A DNA stretch of 64,000 nt from Cyanophyceae cyanobacterium (GTDB taxonomy: Bacteria; Cyanobacteriota; Cyanobacteriia; Cyanobacteriales; JBHJGN01), in assembly GCA_050331735.1 (NCBI GenBank), contig JBHJGN010000037.1, positions 52,858-116,857 on the forward strand, written 5' to 3'. The notes below the pieces were generated by a model. It saw only the letters and a list, made by a program, of their open reading frames with translations. It had not been told where the DNA came from and ran no database searches. The position numbers and the translations under genes are program-made. Positions 1 to 8,737 of the stretch are shown one piece after another (within the stretch, counting starts at the first letter, position 1; each line of letters starts with the position of its first letter).

Positions 1-1065
1 TTTGCGGTGATGAATTAAATAGATGCAGGGGAAGAAGAGCGTATTCGCTTCATACTGGTGTCCCATTACTTCTACTTCAGAGCGAGCAATACGAGGAAAC
101 GTCACCGGAACCACGGGATAGATGCGCAGCGTTTCTTGGCAGACAGCGGTCAGATAGGGAAGACGGGCGATCGCCATTGGGTCTTCTACTCCATCTAGTT
201 CTTGCAGCAGCTTGTCCTGGACTTGAGGATGCTGGCAAATCCAGTAGAACGCCCAGGCAAGAGCCGTTGCCGTGGTTTCGTGTCCGGCAATGAGGAGCGT
301 GAGCAGTTCGTCTTGGAGTTCTTCGTCGGTCATGGCTTCACCCTGCTCATCTCGCGCCGCCATCATCAGGCTAAGCACGTCTGTACCGCTGCTATGGCAA
401 GCGCGGCGCTCCTCAATTTCTGCTTGCAGCAGAGCGCGAATTCGCTGCTGGCGCTGCTGAAACTGCTGCCAAGGACTCCACGCCCCCCACTTTTTTTGCA
501 GCCAGGGAAAGAATAGGGGACTAGAGCGCAGAGGCGAATCGAACATATTGAGCATTGCTGCCAGTAGTGGCTTGAGCTGCTCGTAGCGATCGCCTTCGGC
601 CAGGCCAAATACCGCCTGAAGAATTACCTCTAAGGTAATCTCCTGCATGGCAGCGCGAGCTTCAAACGGCTGCCCCACCTGCCACTGACTCGCTACCTGC
701 TCAGTAATCTGGCAAATAATATCGCTATAGGTGCGAATACTTTCACCATGAAAGGACGGCATCAGCAGTTTGCGATCGCGGCGGTGGCGATCGCCATCGA
801 GCACTATCAAAGAGTTTGCTCCCACTAGCGGCTCAACGATATCATTACCCCGTCCAGCATCAAACTGTCTGGCATCGACACTGAGGATTTCCTGGACCCC
901 TTGAGGATTACTCATTAGTACAAAGGGTTCAAAGTTGGCTAAGCGCAGGGTAAAGGTATCGCCATAGCGTTTGGCACACCTCTCCAAAAAATTTAACGGA
1001 TCGGCGACCCAGTAGATGAGCTGCAATAGGGAAGGAATTCTGGGACCACTTGGTAAATAACTCAT
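1..1065 (-). CDS. Cytochrome P450 (CYP110-like), 3' end runs off the window
   Basis: Not in the ORF track. Manual translation from ATG at 1065: MSYLPSGPRIPSLLQLIYWVADPL...LLIAGHETTATALAW (I-helix)...ETLR (ExxR), open to position 1. Confidence 0.92.
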   Translation of the reverse strand, partial: MSYLPSGPRIPSLLQLIYWVADPLNFLERCAKRYGDTFTLRLANFEPFVLMSNPQGVQEILSVDARQFDAGRGNDIVEPLVGANSLIVLDGDRHRRDRKLLMPSFHGESIRTYSDIICQITEQVASQWQVGQPFEARAAMQEITLEVILQAVFGLAEGDRYEQLKPLLAAMLNMFDSPLRSSPLFFPWLQKKWGAWSPWQQFQQRQQRIRALLQAEIEERRACHSSGTDVLSLMMAARDEQGEAMTDEELQDELLTLLIAGHETTATALAWAFYWICQHPQVQDKLLQELDGVEDPMAIARLPYLTAVCQETLRIYPVVPVTFPRIARSEVEVMGHQYEANTLFFPCIYLIHHRK

Positions 1066-1166
1066 CGTTGTTCTTTCTGAGGTCAGTATCTCTCTCTAAT
1101 CTAACGAACCAGACATAGACAAAAAAGGTCTACAAAATTGGGGACAATCGCTGAAGTGCCCAAGCG

Positions 1167-3893
1167 CTAAATACTGTATGATTTTGGTGCTTCGCAACAT
1201 ACGCGAAAGCCGAAGGTGAAGTCGCGGCTTATATGCGTTAGGTAGAAGCGAAAAGCAGAACGGCAAGATTCTGGACCATAGAACCAGCAACCGCCTCGCA
1301 GCACCTTTCTATTGTCCGCCGTATTTTTTTCTAGCCATGTCCTGCCGTCTTCTGGTGCTCCTTTGTAATTACTATGCCAGTCATCTTCGCACCACTCTGA
1401 TACGTTCCCATGCAGATCGTGTAATCCCCAATGATTGGCAGGAAAGCTTCCTACGTCAGTTGTTTGTTCCCGGTATTCGCCTTTCGGACTACCTTTGTAG
1501 GTAGCGTTTCCATTGTAGTTAGCGAGGTTTGTCGTTATTATTCTACCGAAGTGAAAAGGAGTATTTGTTCCGGCTCGGCAAGCATACTCCCACTCTGATT
1601 CACTGGGTAAGCGATAGTTTTTTCCTGTTTTGGCTGACAACCTCCTACAAAACTCTACTGCCTCCTCCCAACTCACCTCCTCTACCGGATGATTGTCTCC
1701 TTTAAAGTGAGATGGATCGAAGTCAAGCGCTCGATCGATTTGTGACCAGGCAGCGACAATACGCCACTGTGCCTGCGTTATTGGGTAACGTCCCAGGTAA
1801 AAGGCTGACAGAGTTACCTGATGTCGAGGTTGTTCCCGGTCACAATCAAGTTCTACGCCTTCAACTTCATTTCCTGGGGCTCCCATGACAAAGGTTCCAC
1901 TTGGTATAGAGATCATTTCTAGTCCAATCTCTTCATTAAGAACTTCAGTGTAGCCCCAGTTAGTAGCGCGGCGGCGAACGATTGCTAATTGTCCAACTTG
2001 ACTAGAGGGGGAACTGAACGAGCCTCCACGTCCTTGCCATTCTATCTGGGCTGTCTCAAACTCGAATCGCTCCAATATATGGGTAATTTTGGCTGGCTCG
2101 TACTCAAAATCTTGTAAAGGCGGAAAGTTAATGAATTCGGCGACTTCGTATTCAATATCTTCGAGGGGAAGCTCTTTGGTCGTAGTTGTGTTTCCATTGA
2201 GGAGAGAATAACGACGAGCCAGAGTCGCATAGTCGCCTCCAAGACGGCAGAGCGTATTAAGACCTACCCGTGCAAAGGGCAGCGCAGCTTCGCCCAAATT
2301 ATGCTCTGACTCCTGCAAGTAAACAAGAAATGCTTCAAAACTGTTGAGGCTGAGACCCGCTTTCTGACTGATGACCTGCGATAGACGATTGAGGACGCTA
2401 ACGGCTTTGTCTTCCGGCAATCCATCCAGGAGCAAATAGCGCACGCGATCGCTCGTATCTGTTGCTCCATCCCCGAAAAACTCATAGTGAGTTTCCTCAT
2501 CTTCTGTATCGCAGCGCCGCAGTAACCCGCTCAGCAATACTTCTGCAACATGGGCTTGCTGTGCTTCTGGGAGAAACTCATCCCGCAGGAGGTCGATGAC
2601 GGGCAAACTGACAGAGGTTGCCGCCATCAATCCGGCCAGTTTCTGCGCCGTTTGGGATGCCGTTGCCTGAAACAGGGCAACCCGCTGCCGTGCCGTCCGG
2701 GATGTCAGTGATTGCAAAGCGGGAGTTTCGGTAGCACGTTCTCGCACAAACGCCAGTTCAAAAGTTCGCCCAGGGATAGGTTCTCCTGTCCCTGCCACTA
2801 CCTGTGCCCAGCGATGAAGAGGATTCGGATCGAGGGTAACGATAGGCAGCGTCAGCAGGCGCTTGTCTATGGGTTGTAAGGACTCTTCCTCGTCTTCTGC
2901 CCACTCATCCCTGTCATCGAGGATTGGCAGCCCGTACACCTCTAGCTTGGCGTTGGGCGTTCCTGGACTGATTGAGCTTAATTGCACTCGATATCCATCG
3001 CTCAGTGCCGTTCGTCCCCATAGCCGCTCCGGGAGCATCTGTACAATGGCAATGGGCTGCACCTCCGACCATCGCCGCAGGGTTTCGTGAATTAGCCCCT
3101 GTCGCCACAGCGCTGACGTACAGTCAGTGACGAATAGCACCAGTCGTCTGCCGCTGGGGTCGAGGATTTCTTTGGGGTTCCGGGGGCGTTGACTCGTTTT
3201 GGATTGAGTTTTGAAGGTATTCCAGCGGGGAAAAAGTTGGACTGTGCTATTTTGTGCTTCGAGTCGCCAGGTTCGTACTGTCCGAAAGGCGCCGTGGTAT
3301 TCGGTGAGATGTTGCAGCTCAGCAATCGCTCTTTCCCACAGTACTGTCGTCTTTGAGCCTTCTACGACCAAATCTAGGTCAAGCCAGCGTTCGGGACGGG
3401 GGCGTTTTCTAGGCATCCACACGCGGGTTTCGGCAATTTGCGTGACGGTTTCCTCTTCATCGAGGTCGAACCTTACTTTCGACGGGACTTTTCGCATCAG
3501 GGGCTTGAGAGATCGCGCTAGGTCGAGGCGCGTCCGTAGCGCTGGCGCTGCTGTGGCTGGAAACGGCATGCCTGTGGGTTGTTCTGCTGAGCGATCGTCC
3601 TGAACTGAGGCTGGCTCTGAAACTGATTCCGATCCAGAGGGTCTGTCTGTGACTAGAGCGAAGTCTGATTGCTCGGCGGTTGACGTTTCAGTTATTTCAG
3701 GGAGTGGCGTTGTCTTCTCTCTCTTGGTTTGCTTATTGTCGATGTCCTGACGCACTGCTGCTCTCGGCTCGATAAACTGAGTGAGCCAGAGGATATCGGC
3801 AATATCTACGGCGTTAACGTCTAGCCCAGACTGCTTTAACCTGGACGCGAACTGTCCGATTGTTGGTCTTCGCTGCTGCTCAAATGTTTCCAC
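1167..3893 (-). CDS. vWA component (SAV_2336 N-terminal-like) of a VMAP ternary system, fused to a C-terminal FGE-sulfatase/CLec domain
   Basis: N-terminal DIADILWL, RSLKPLMRKVPS..LDEEETV, degenerate MIDAS LVVEGSKT and VTDC. C-terminal RLPSESEWEYACRAG, GLHDLHGNVSEWC, RGGCW...GFRV. Lies directly downstream of MoxR. Confidence 0.85.
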   Translation of the reverse strand: METFEQQRRPTIGQFASRLKQSGLDVNAVDIADILWLTQFIEPRAAVRQDIDNKQTKREKTTPLPEITETSTAEQSDFALVTDRPSGSESVSEPASVQDDRSAEQPTGMPFPATAAPALRTRLDLARSLKPLMRKVPSKVRFDLDEEETVTQIAETRVWMPRKRPRPERWLDLDLVVEGSKTTVLWERAIAELQHLTEYHGAFRTVRTWRLEAQNSTVQLFPRWNTFKTQSKTSQRPRNPKEILDPSGRRLVLFVTDCTSALWRQGLIHETLRRWSEVQPIAIVQMLPERLWGRTALSDGYRVQLSSISPGTPNAKLEVYGLPILDDRDEWAEDEEESLQPIDKRLLTLPIVTLDPNPLHRWAQVVAGTGEPIPGRTFELAFVRERATETPALQSLTSRTARQRVALFQATASQTAQKLAGLMAATSVSLPVIDLLRDEFLPEAQQAHVAEVLLSGLLRRCDTEDEETHYEFFGDGATDTSDRVRYLLLDGLPEDKAVSVLNRLSQVISQKAGLSLNSFEAFLVYLQESEHNLGEAALPFARVGLNTLCRLGGDYATLARRYSLLNGNTTTTKELPLEDIEYEVAEFINFPPLQDFEYEPAKITHILERFEFETAQIEWQGRGGSFSSPSSQVGQLAIVRRRATNWGYTEVLNEEIGLEMISIPSGTFVMGAPGNEVEGVELDCDREQPRHQVTLSAFYLGRYPITQAQWRIVAAWSQIDRALDFDPSHFKGDNHPVEEVSWEEAVEFCRRLSAKTGKNYRLPSESEWEYACRAGTNTPFHFGRIITTNLANYNGNATYKGSPKGEYREQTTDVGSFPANHWGLHDLHGNVSEWCEDDWHSNYKGAPEDGRTWLEKNTADNRKVLRGGCWFYGPESCRSAFRFYLTHISRDFTFGFRVCCEAPKSYSI

Positions 3894-4918
3894 AGTCGTT
3901 CGATGAGGTCGTCTGGAGTATGAACATTGTCACTTACGTTGGGTGCTCGTTCGCGGGTAACCAGATAGATAGCGTTGAGGAGCTGGTCTGTTGCTAAGTC
4001 GCCTTTGCTGCGGTCGTTGCGCTTGTTGACAAACCGCGTGATCAGCTGCTGGATCAGTTCTTCCGATTGGGCAATTAGCTTTTCCCCATCCTTTTCCTGC
4101 TTGAGGTGAGCTTTGACAATGGCTTCGAGGCGCTCTTCGTCGGGTTCTGCCATTGTTAGCCGCACGCAGCGACGTAAGAAGGGAGGCGGAAAGTCTCGCT
4201 CGCCGTTACTGGTTAGAACCATCAGCGGAAACTGCTGACTGGTAATTTTGCCCCCCTTAATAGTTGCTGTCGTATCGGCAAAGGTAAATTCTTGTTTGTC
4301 TTTATAAGCTGTTCGTACCGTCACCTCTGGCTTTTTCTCTTCAATTCGCACCAGTTCCGGTATTTCAAACTCCCCTTCTTCAAAAACGGTGAGCAGATCG
4401 TTGGGCAGGTCGATATCGCTTTTGTCGATTTCGTCTACGATTAACACGCGGGGCTTGTCAGAGGGGAGAAGGGCAGTTCCGAGGGATCCCAGACGAATAT
4501 AGTTGCCGATATTGTCGAAATTGCCCCGCTCTTTCTCGCCAACATCCTGCAAGCGCGCGATCGCATCGTAGAGATACAGACCGTCCTTGAGGGTAGTCCG
4601 GGTGGTGATCGGCCAGTAGAGCACCTCTCCGAGGTTCAGTTCGCGGGCGATCGCATAGGCGAGGGAGGTTTTGCCGCTGCCCGGTTTGCCCGTTACAAGC
4701 AAGGGTCGCCGCAGATACAGCGCCGCATTCACTAGCTCGATTTCCTGGGGCTGAGCCTGAAACGTTTTTCCCCGTTCCTGCTTGCGACGGTCAGACTGTC
4801 TCCAGGGAGGGGGAGGAGGTAGATGGGCGAGCGGGTCTAAGCCTGGATCTGGATTGGGTTCTCCGGTTCCTTTGAAGATGGGCTGAAAAATTGGCTGAAT
4901 CTTAGGCTGGTCGTTCAT
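3836..4918 (-). CDS. MoxR family AAA+ ATPase (VMAP-type)
   Basis: RRPLLVTGKPGSGKTS Walker A, LIVDEIDKSDIDLPNDLL Walker B, TSNGERDFPPPFLRRC, LATDQLLNA. Likely start ATG 4918. Confidence 0.92.
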   Translation of the reverse strand: MNDQPKIQPIFQPIFKGTGEPNPDPGLDPLAHLPPPPPWRQSDRRKQERGKTFQAQPQEIELVNAALYLRRPLLVTGKPGSGKTSLAYAIARELNLGEVLYWPITTRTTLKDGLYLYDAIARLQDVGEKERGNFDNIGNYIRLGSLGTALLPSDKPRVLIVDEIDKSDIDLPNDLLTVFEEGEFEIPELVRIEEKKPEVTVRTAYKDKQEFTFADTTATIKGGKITSQQFPLMVLTSNGERDFPPPFLRRCVRLTMAEPDEERLEAIVKAHLKQEKDGEKLIAQSEELIQQLITRFVNKRNDRSKGDLATDQLLNAIYLVTRERAPNVSDNVHTPDDLIERLWKHLSSSEDQQSDSSRPG

Positions 4919-4922
4919 GACC

Positions 4923-6713
4923 TTAACAAGCCTCCTGATCAAATTGCAGGTCCATCGTGGGCGGCACAATCTTCGCATCTTCCCAAACTAGACTAAGATG
5001 ACCCCCCAGGCAATGGTTGTCATCTTCCCTCAGTGCGTCGAGCCTTTCTTCATAAATTCGCTGAGGGAGTTCGGCTACGGTGCGGTCTAGGATACGATCA
5101 ACTTCATGACATAGTTTTGAGTGTCTTACCCACAGTGCAACAGGGAGTGCTGTTTTTCTAGCGATAAATTCAAAGACGCTCTCAACTTGCTCTGCTGATA
5201 AATTTTCCAGGATTGCCATCTCAGCAGTCTTTAATCCCAACAGTTCTGCATTTTTTGTTGTATCAACCCAGACGAATGTTTCCCGCGCAGTATGTTGTGA
5301 TTTCGCTTCTATATGCTGCCATTTATCTTGCCAGCGCCTAAAGTACTTCTTCCCCGTCGGTGATTGGTTGAGATCGGTTCGCATTACCACTTTATACTGA
5401 CTTCCCAGGGTTAAATCTGACAACGTTTTAGAGGAGTCGAAATCGCGATCGAGCCAAGCACGCGGCACAAAAAAGTGAACCATTGGCTCGTTTAAGGTCG
5501 ATTTCTCTTCTAGGCAAGTTTCAACGAAGTCTGGCAAATCTGCATAGGGAAGAGTATGTTCTTGCAGCAAGTAGGGCAATGGTTCTTGCGGGTTGTAGGT
5601 ATGGCGATCGCTAATCTCCCACATTGAGATCCAAACCTTTTCCTTGTCTTTTTCGTCTGGTCTCACTTCTACCACTAAATGTTCGGACGAGTCAGCGGAA
5701 GAAACGTTGCGCTCTCGTTTTTCTAAGATGGCGCGGCTCTGCAAGCTATCGAAGTAAAATCCGCGATACTCAACCCAATTTTTAATTTGTTGGTACATGG
5801 AACCCGATACCGCATCCATTGTTGCCAGAAAAATTGCAAACTGTGTCAGTCGATCAACGTTATCCCAACCGCGATTTCCTAACTGGCTCAAGCTTAGCAG
5901 CCGCGACTGCAACATCTTTTTCTCCCCCCAGACAGAACCAGAATCGCAGAGGCGAAAGGCGGTGGCGATCGCACTGCTGAGTTTCTGCTGGTTGTCATTA
6001 GAAAGTTGTTGCAGATGGTTTTCGATCAGATCGCACAGGCTATAAACACTAAGTTTTTTGAGAACGCCGTCTAGCTCTTTTTTCGGAATGGCGTATGCCT
6101 TGCTTCTTTGCTCATCTCTGGAGACTAACGCCGTAGCAATCATGCCAATGACGCAGGTTCGTTGTTCATTCCAAACAGGTGCGCCGCTAAATCCTGCTTG
6201 AATTGTTTCATCGTTGGGATTACCTGCTTTATAAAACTGAAAGCGTCCTCCAGCAGTGCGTATTTTGGGAATGTATGCATCTGAGCGCTCACCGTTTTCA
6301 TTGCTAAAGCCATAAACAGAATGTTCGTCGTTTTCAATATCTGACAAACTGACTTGAACAAGCGGAATTGGCTTAGATTCACTCGGTTCCGCTTTGAGTA
6401 GTTTTAACCCAGCAACATCCCCTCGACTGACGCTATAAGGGAGCCAAGCTACCACTTTTGCCTTAATTTTGTCCCCGTCAGCGAGAATAGGAAAATCGAG
6501 GAATACCAGTTCTTTAACGACTTCTTTGTAAGAAGCAGATTTTTGTTTGTCAAAGTCGATACCGACCGCCTGTAAGACAACGTGGGCGCAAGTCAGCACG
6601 TAACCAGGAGCCACTAGGAATCCCGTCCCGATCGCCGTCTCTGTGTCTTGGTAGAAAATCCGCGCAATAGATTGTTCGTAATCTTCCCAAGTGAAAGTCA
6701 CTTCTTCTGCCAT
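4923..6713 (-). CDS. Trypsin-like serine protease fused to vWA-MoxR-associated protein (VMAP) middle and C-terminal domains
   Basis: LTCAHVV, GDVAGL and GFSGAPVW form an intact His-Asp-Ser triad. C-terminal VHFFVP..., LPVALW and HLSLVWED match VMAP-C. Lies between Trypco1 and MoxR. Confidence 0.82.
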   Translation of the reverse strand: MAEEVTFTWEDYEQSIARIFYQDTETAIGTGFLVAPGYVLTCAHVVLQAVGIDFDKQKSASYKEVVKELVFLDFPILADGDKIKAKVVAWLPYSVSRGDVAGLKLLKAEPSESKPIPLVQVSLSDIENDEHSVYGFSNENGERSDAYIPKIRTAGGRFQFYKAGNPNDETIQAGFSGAPVWNEQRTCVIGMIATALVSRDEQRSKAYAIPKKELDGVLKKLSVYSLCDLIENHLQQLSNDNQQKLSSAIATAFRLCDSGSVWGEKKMLQSRLLSLSQLGNRGWDNVDRLTQFAIFLATMDAVSGSMYQQIKNWVEYRGFYFDSLQSRAILEKRERNVSSADSSEHLVVEVRPDEKDKEKVWISMWEISDRHTYNPQEPLPYLLQEHTLPYADLPDFVETCLEEKSTLNEPMVHFFVPRAWLDRDFDSSKTLSDLTLGSQYKVVMRTDLNQSPTGKKYFRRWQDKWQHIEAKSQHTARETFVWVDTTKNAELLGLKTAEMAILENLSAEQVESVFEFIARKTALPVALWVRHSKLCHEVDRILDRTVAELPQRIYEERLDALREDDNHCLGGHLSLVWEDAKIVPPTMDLQFDQEAC

Positions 6714-7015
6714 TTCAGCGTTATTTCGTAATTTGCCTCTCCGCCAACCTTGGTGAGTACCGCCCCTACTTCACCGTTGAGCTTAACACTAAACTTTACC
6801 TCTACCTCGTCTGTCGGCTCGATGACTGCATCTAGCTTTTTCTTGACCGATTGAATCATAGGCAGCAGGTTATCTAAAGCCTGAGCGAAAGTTTTTCTCG
6901 CAGTTGCAGCTATCTCGTTGGGCGCCCTCGAAATCGGTCGAATTTCTTCGACATCTTCAACTTCAACAAGAATTCTTCCGCCTTCACCCGTGTCGAATTC
7001 GACAAGCTGTGCCAT
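6698..7015 (-). CDS. Trypsin-co-occurring domain 1 (Trypco1/CU044_2847 family) protein
   Basis: 105 aa: ILVEV...PTDEVEVKFSVKLNGEVGAVLTKVGGEANYEITLKW. Overlaps the start of the trypsin gene. Confidence 0.85.
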   Translation of the reverse strand: MAQLVEFDTGEGGRILVEVEDVEEIRPISRAPNEIAATARKTFAQALDNLLPMIQSVKKKLDAVIEPTDEVEVKFSVKLNGEVGAVLTKVGGEANYEITLKWQKK

Positions 7016-7166
7016 TAGCTAAACGTCTCCTGAAATCACTTCGGCAGTAATACCTCAATAGTTTATACAGTAGTTGCCCCTGAATTTCCGTATTTTTTCT
7101 CAAAGGAGATCAAAAAATAAATCGACTCGCCGTTAGGTGAGAAATCAAAGGACCAAGAGAAAAGGG

Positions 7167-8042
7167 CTAAAGTGCCTGAGCGCCAAAAGTCCTCGGCATC
7201 TTGCAACACACTCGAACACCGATATCTTTGAGGCGGTAGTCACGCAAATCCCCGTAGCGGTTAGTAGAACGGCAATTCTTCGGATACACGAGCCAAGAAC
7301 CACCCCGCAGAAGCTTATCAGTATCTGTCGCGTTCTCCTCTATCCATGCGCTTCCATTCACTGGTGCTCCTCTATAGCTATCATGCCAATCATCTTGACA
7401 CCATTCCCAGACATTTCCGTGCATATCGTGTAGTCCAAAATTATTTGGGGGAAAGATACCTACTTCTGTCGTTTCTCTTCGGTATTTTCCCACTATGCCT
7501 TTCCCGTAAGTTCCTTTATAAAGAGTATCGCCAATCTTTTCGTCCTGAGCGCGATAGTTTGCTAGTTCGTCACTCAGTGTTTCGCCAAAATGAAAAGGAG
7601 CTTTTGTCCCCGCTCGACAGGCATATTCCCACTGCGCCTCGCTGGGCAGGTGGTAGGTTCTACCTGTTTTGACTGATAATCGCTGACAAAACTCTATCGC
7701 CTCTTCCCAAATCACATTTTCCACGGGACGGTTGTCTCCTTTAAAGTGCGATGGATCTGAGTTTAGCTTGCACTTGTCTTTGGGCCAGTTGGCAACGATG
7801 CGCCATTGAGTTTGGGTGACAGGATATCGCCCCATCAAAAACGATGAAACTATGACTTCATGTTGCGGTCGTTCATCGTTGTAACTTTCCAGTTCATCTT
7901 CCGGTGCTCCCATCAGGAATTTGCCACTAGGAATCAGCACCATATCCAAGCTAACTTCGTCACTGAGGGTTTCGATGAAGTGTTTGCCCCTGCGCCGATA
8001 GCGGCTGACGAGAATACGTTTTTCGGCGGTTTCTTCTGCCAT
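7167..8042 (-). CDS. Stand-alone FGE-sulfatase/CLec-fold protein
   Basis: LPSEAQWEYACRAG, FGLHDMHGNVWEWC, LLRGGSW, IGVRVCC. Likely start ATG 8042 (ORF open to 8117). Confidence 0.9.
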   Translation of the reverse strand: MAEETAEKRILVSRYRRRGKHFIETLSDEVSLDMVLIPSGKFLMGAPEDELESYNDERPQHEVIVSSFLMGRYPVTQTQWRIVANWPKDKCKLNSDPSHFKGDNRPVENVIWEEAIEFCQRLSVKTGRTYHLPSEAQWEYACRAGTKAPFHFGETLSDELANYRAQDEKIGDTLYKGTYGKGIVGKYRRETTEVGIFPPNNFGLHDMHGNVWEWCQDDWHDSYRGAPVNGSAWIEENATDTDKLLRGGSWLVYPKNCRSTNRYGDLRDYRLKDIGVRVCCKMPRTFGAQAL

Positions 8043-8228
8043 TTGTTGGAGCTGCGTTTTGGACCGGACCACTGAATTTAATGTCCGGTTGGATAACTCT
8101 TGGGAGTTTCCTACCAAGAAGCCCTAATCTTACCTTAAAGCGCTGGCGAATGAATTGGTGGACTACAAACCGTAATCCGCTATTAGAGTTTCCAATTTGA
8201 GGAAAGCGATCGCCCTGAGAAGTATATA

Positions 8229-8582
8229 TTACGGCTGCTGCTCTCCTGCTAGCCGAGAGAGCGATTGAGCAATGCTAGCCATGTTCTCAGCAAGCGTAAC
8301 TCTATCTTCATTGAAACCTTGAATGATTTCAAACATAGTTGCTTGATGAGCTGTTAATGCCGAAACATCTCTAGTTAACTGTGCTATTTGAGCATCGGTT
8401 CGCCGACGGTCACGAACGACATCTGAAGTTAAAGCCTCAATGGCCTTAGCATTAGAGTTAATCCTGGCATCAGTCTGAACCGACTGCTGAGCCAATTGCT
8501 CTAGCAAAGCTTCTATTCTGTCGAGGCGATCGCTTGGCGTTCCCGAAGGGCGATCGCCTCCATCGGGATTAGTTATCGGCAT
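8229..8582 (-). CDS. Small coiled-coil hypothetical protein
   Basis: 117-aa ORF with AGGAG RBS and heptad pattern (RLDRIEALLEQL...INSNAKAIEAL). Confidence 0.7.
   Translation of the reverse strand: MPITNPDGGDRPSGTPSDRLDRIEALLEQLAQQSVQTDARINSNAKAIEALTSDVVRDRRRTDAQIAQLTRDVSALTAHQATMFEIIQGFNEDRVTLAENMASIAQSLSRLAGEQQP
8526..8557. repeat. Small dispersed repeat-like insert flanked by duplicated HIP1
   Basis: GCGATCGC-TTGGCGTTCCCGAAGG-GCGATCGC, 24-nt period, in frame within the CDS. Confidence 0.6.
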
Positions 8583-8737
8583 ACTCCTAGCAATGTTTAC
8601 TGTCTGATTGTTGTCTATTTCCTTGGAGATAGCGATCGCCTTCAGAAGGTACGGTCTCGTATGTTTTCATCCTAATGCTTTCTAAAAAAAATTAGACTCG
8701 TCTAACGGCGAGATATCAAAGGGCTAACCCCTAAAAG

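Noticed and set aside
202..608. Short ORFs in the track at the window start
   Set aside because: They are shadows of the minus-strand P450, which the track missed because it lacks a stop within the window.
772..794. Two HIP1 sites 15 nt apart
   Set aside because: They encode DGDRHRRDRK, the normal P450 C-helix region, with no sign of an insertion.
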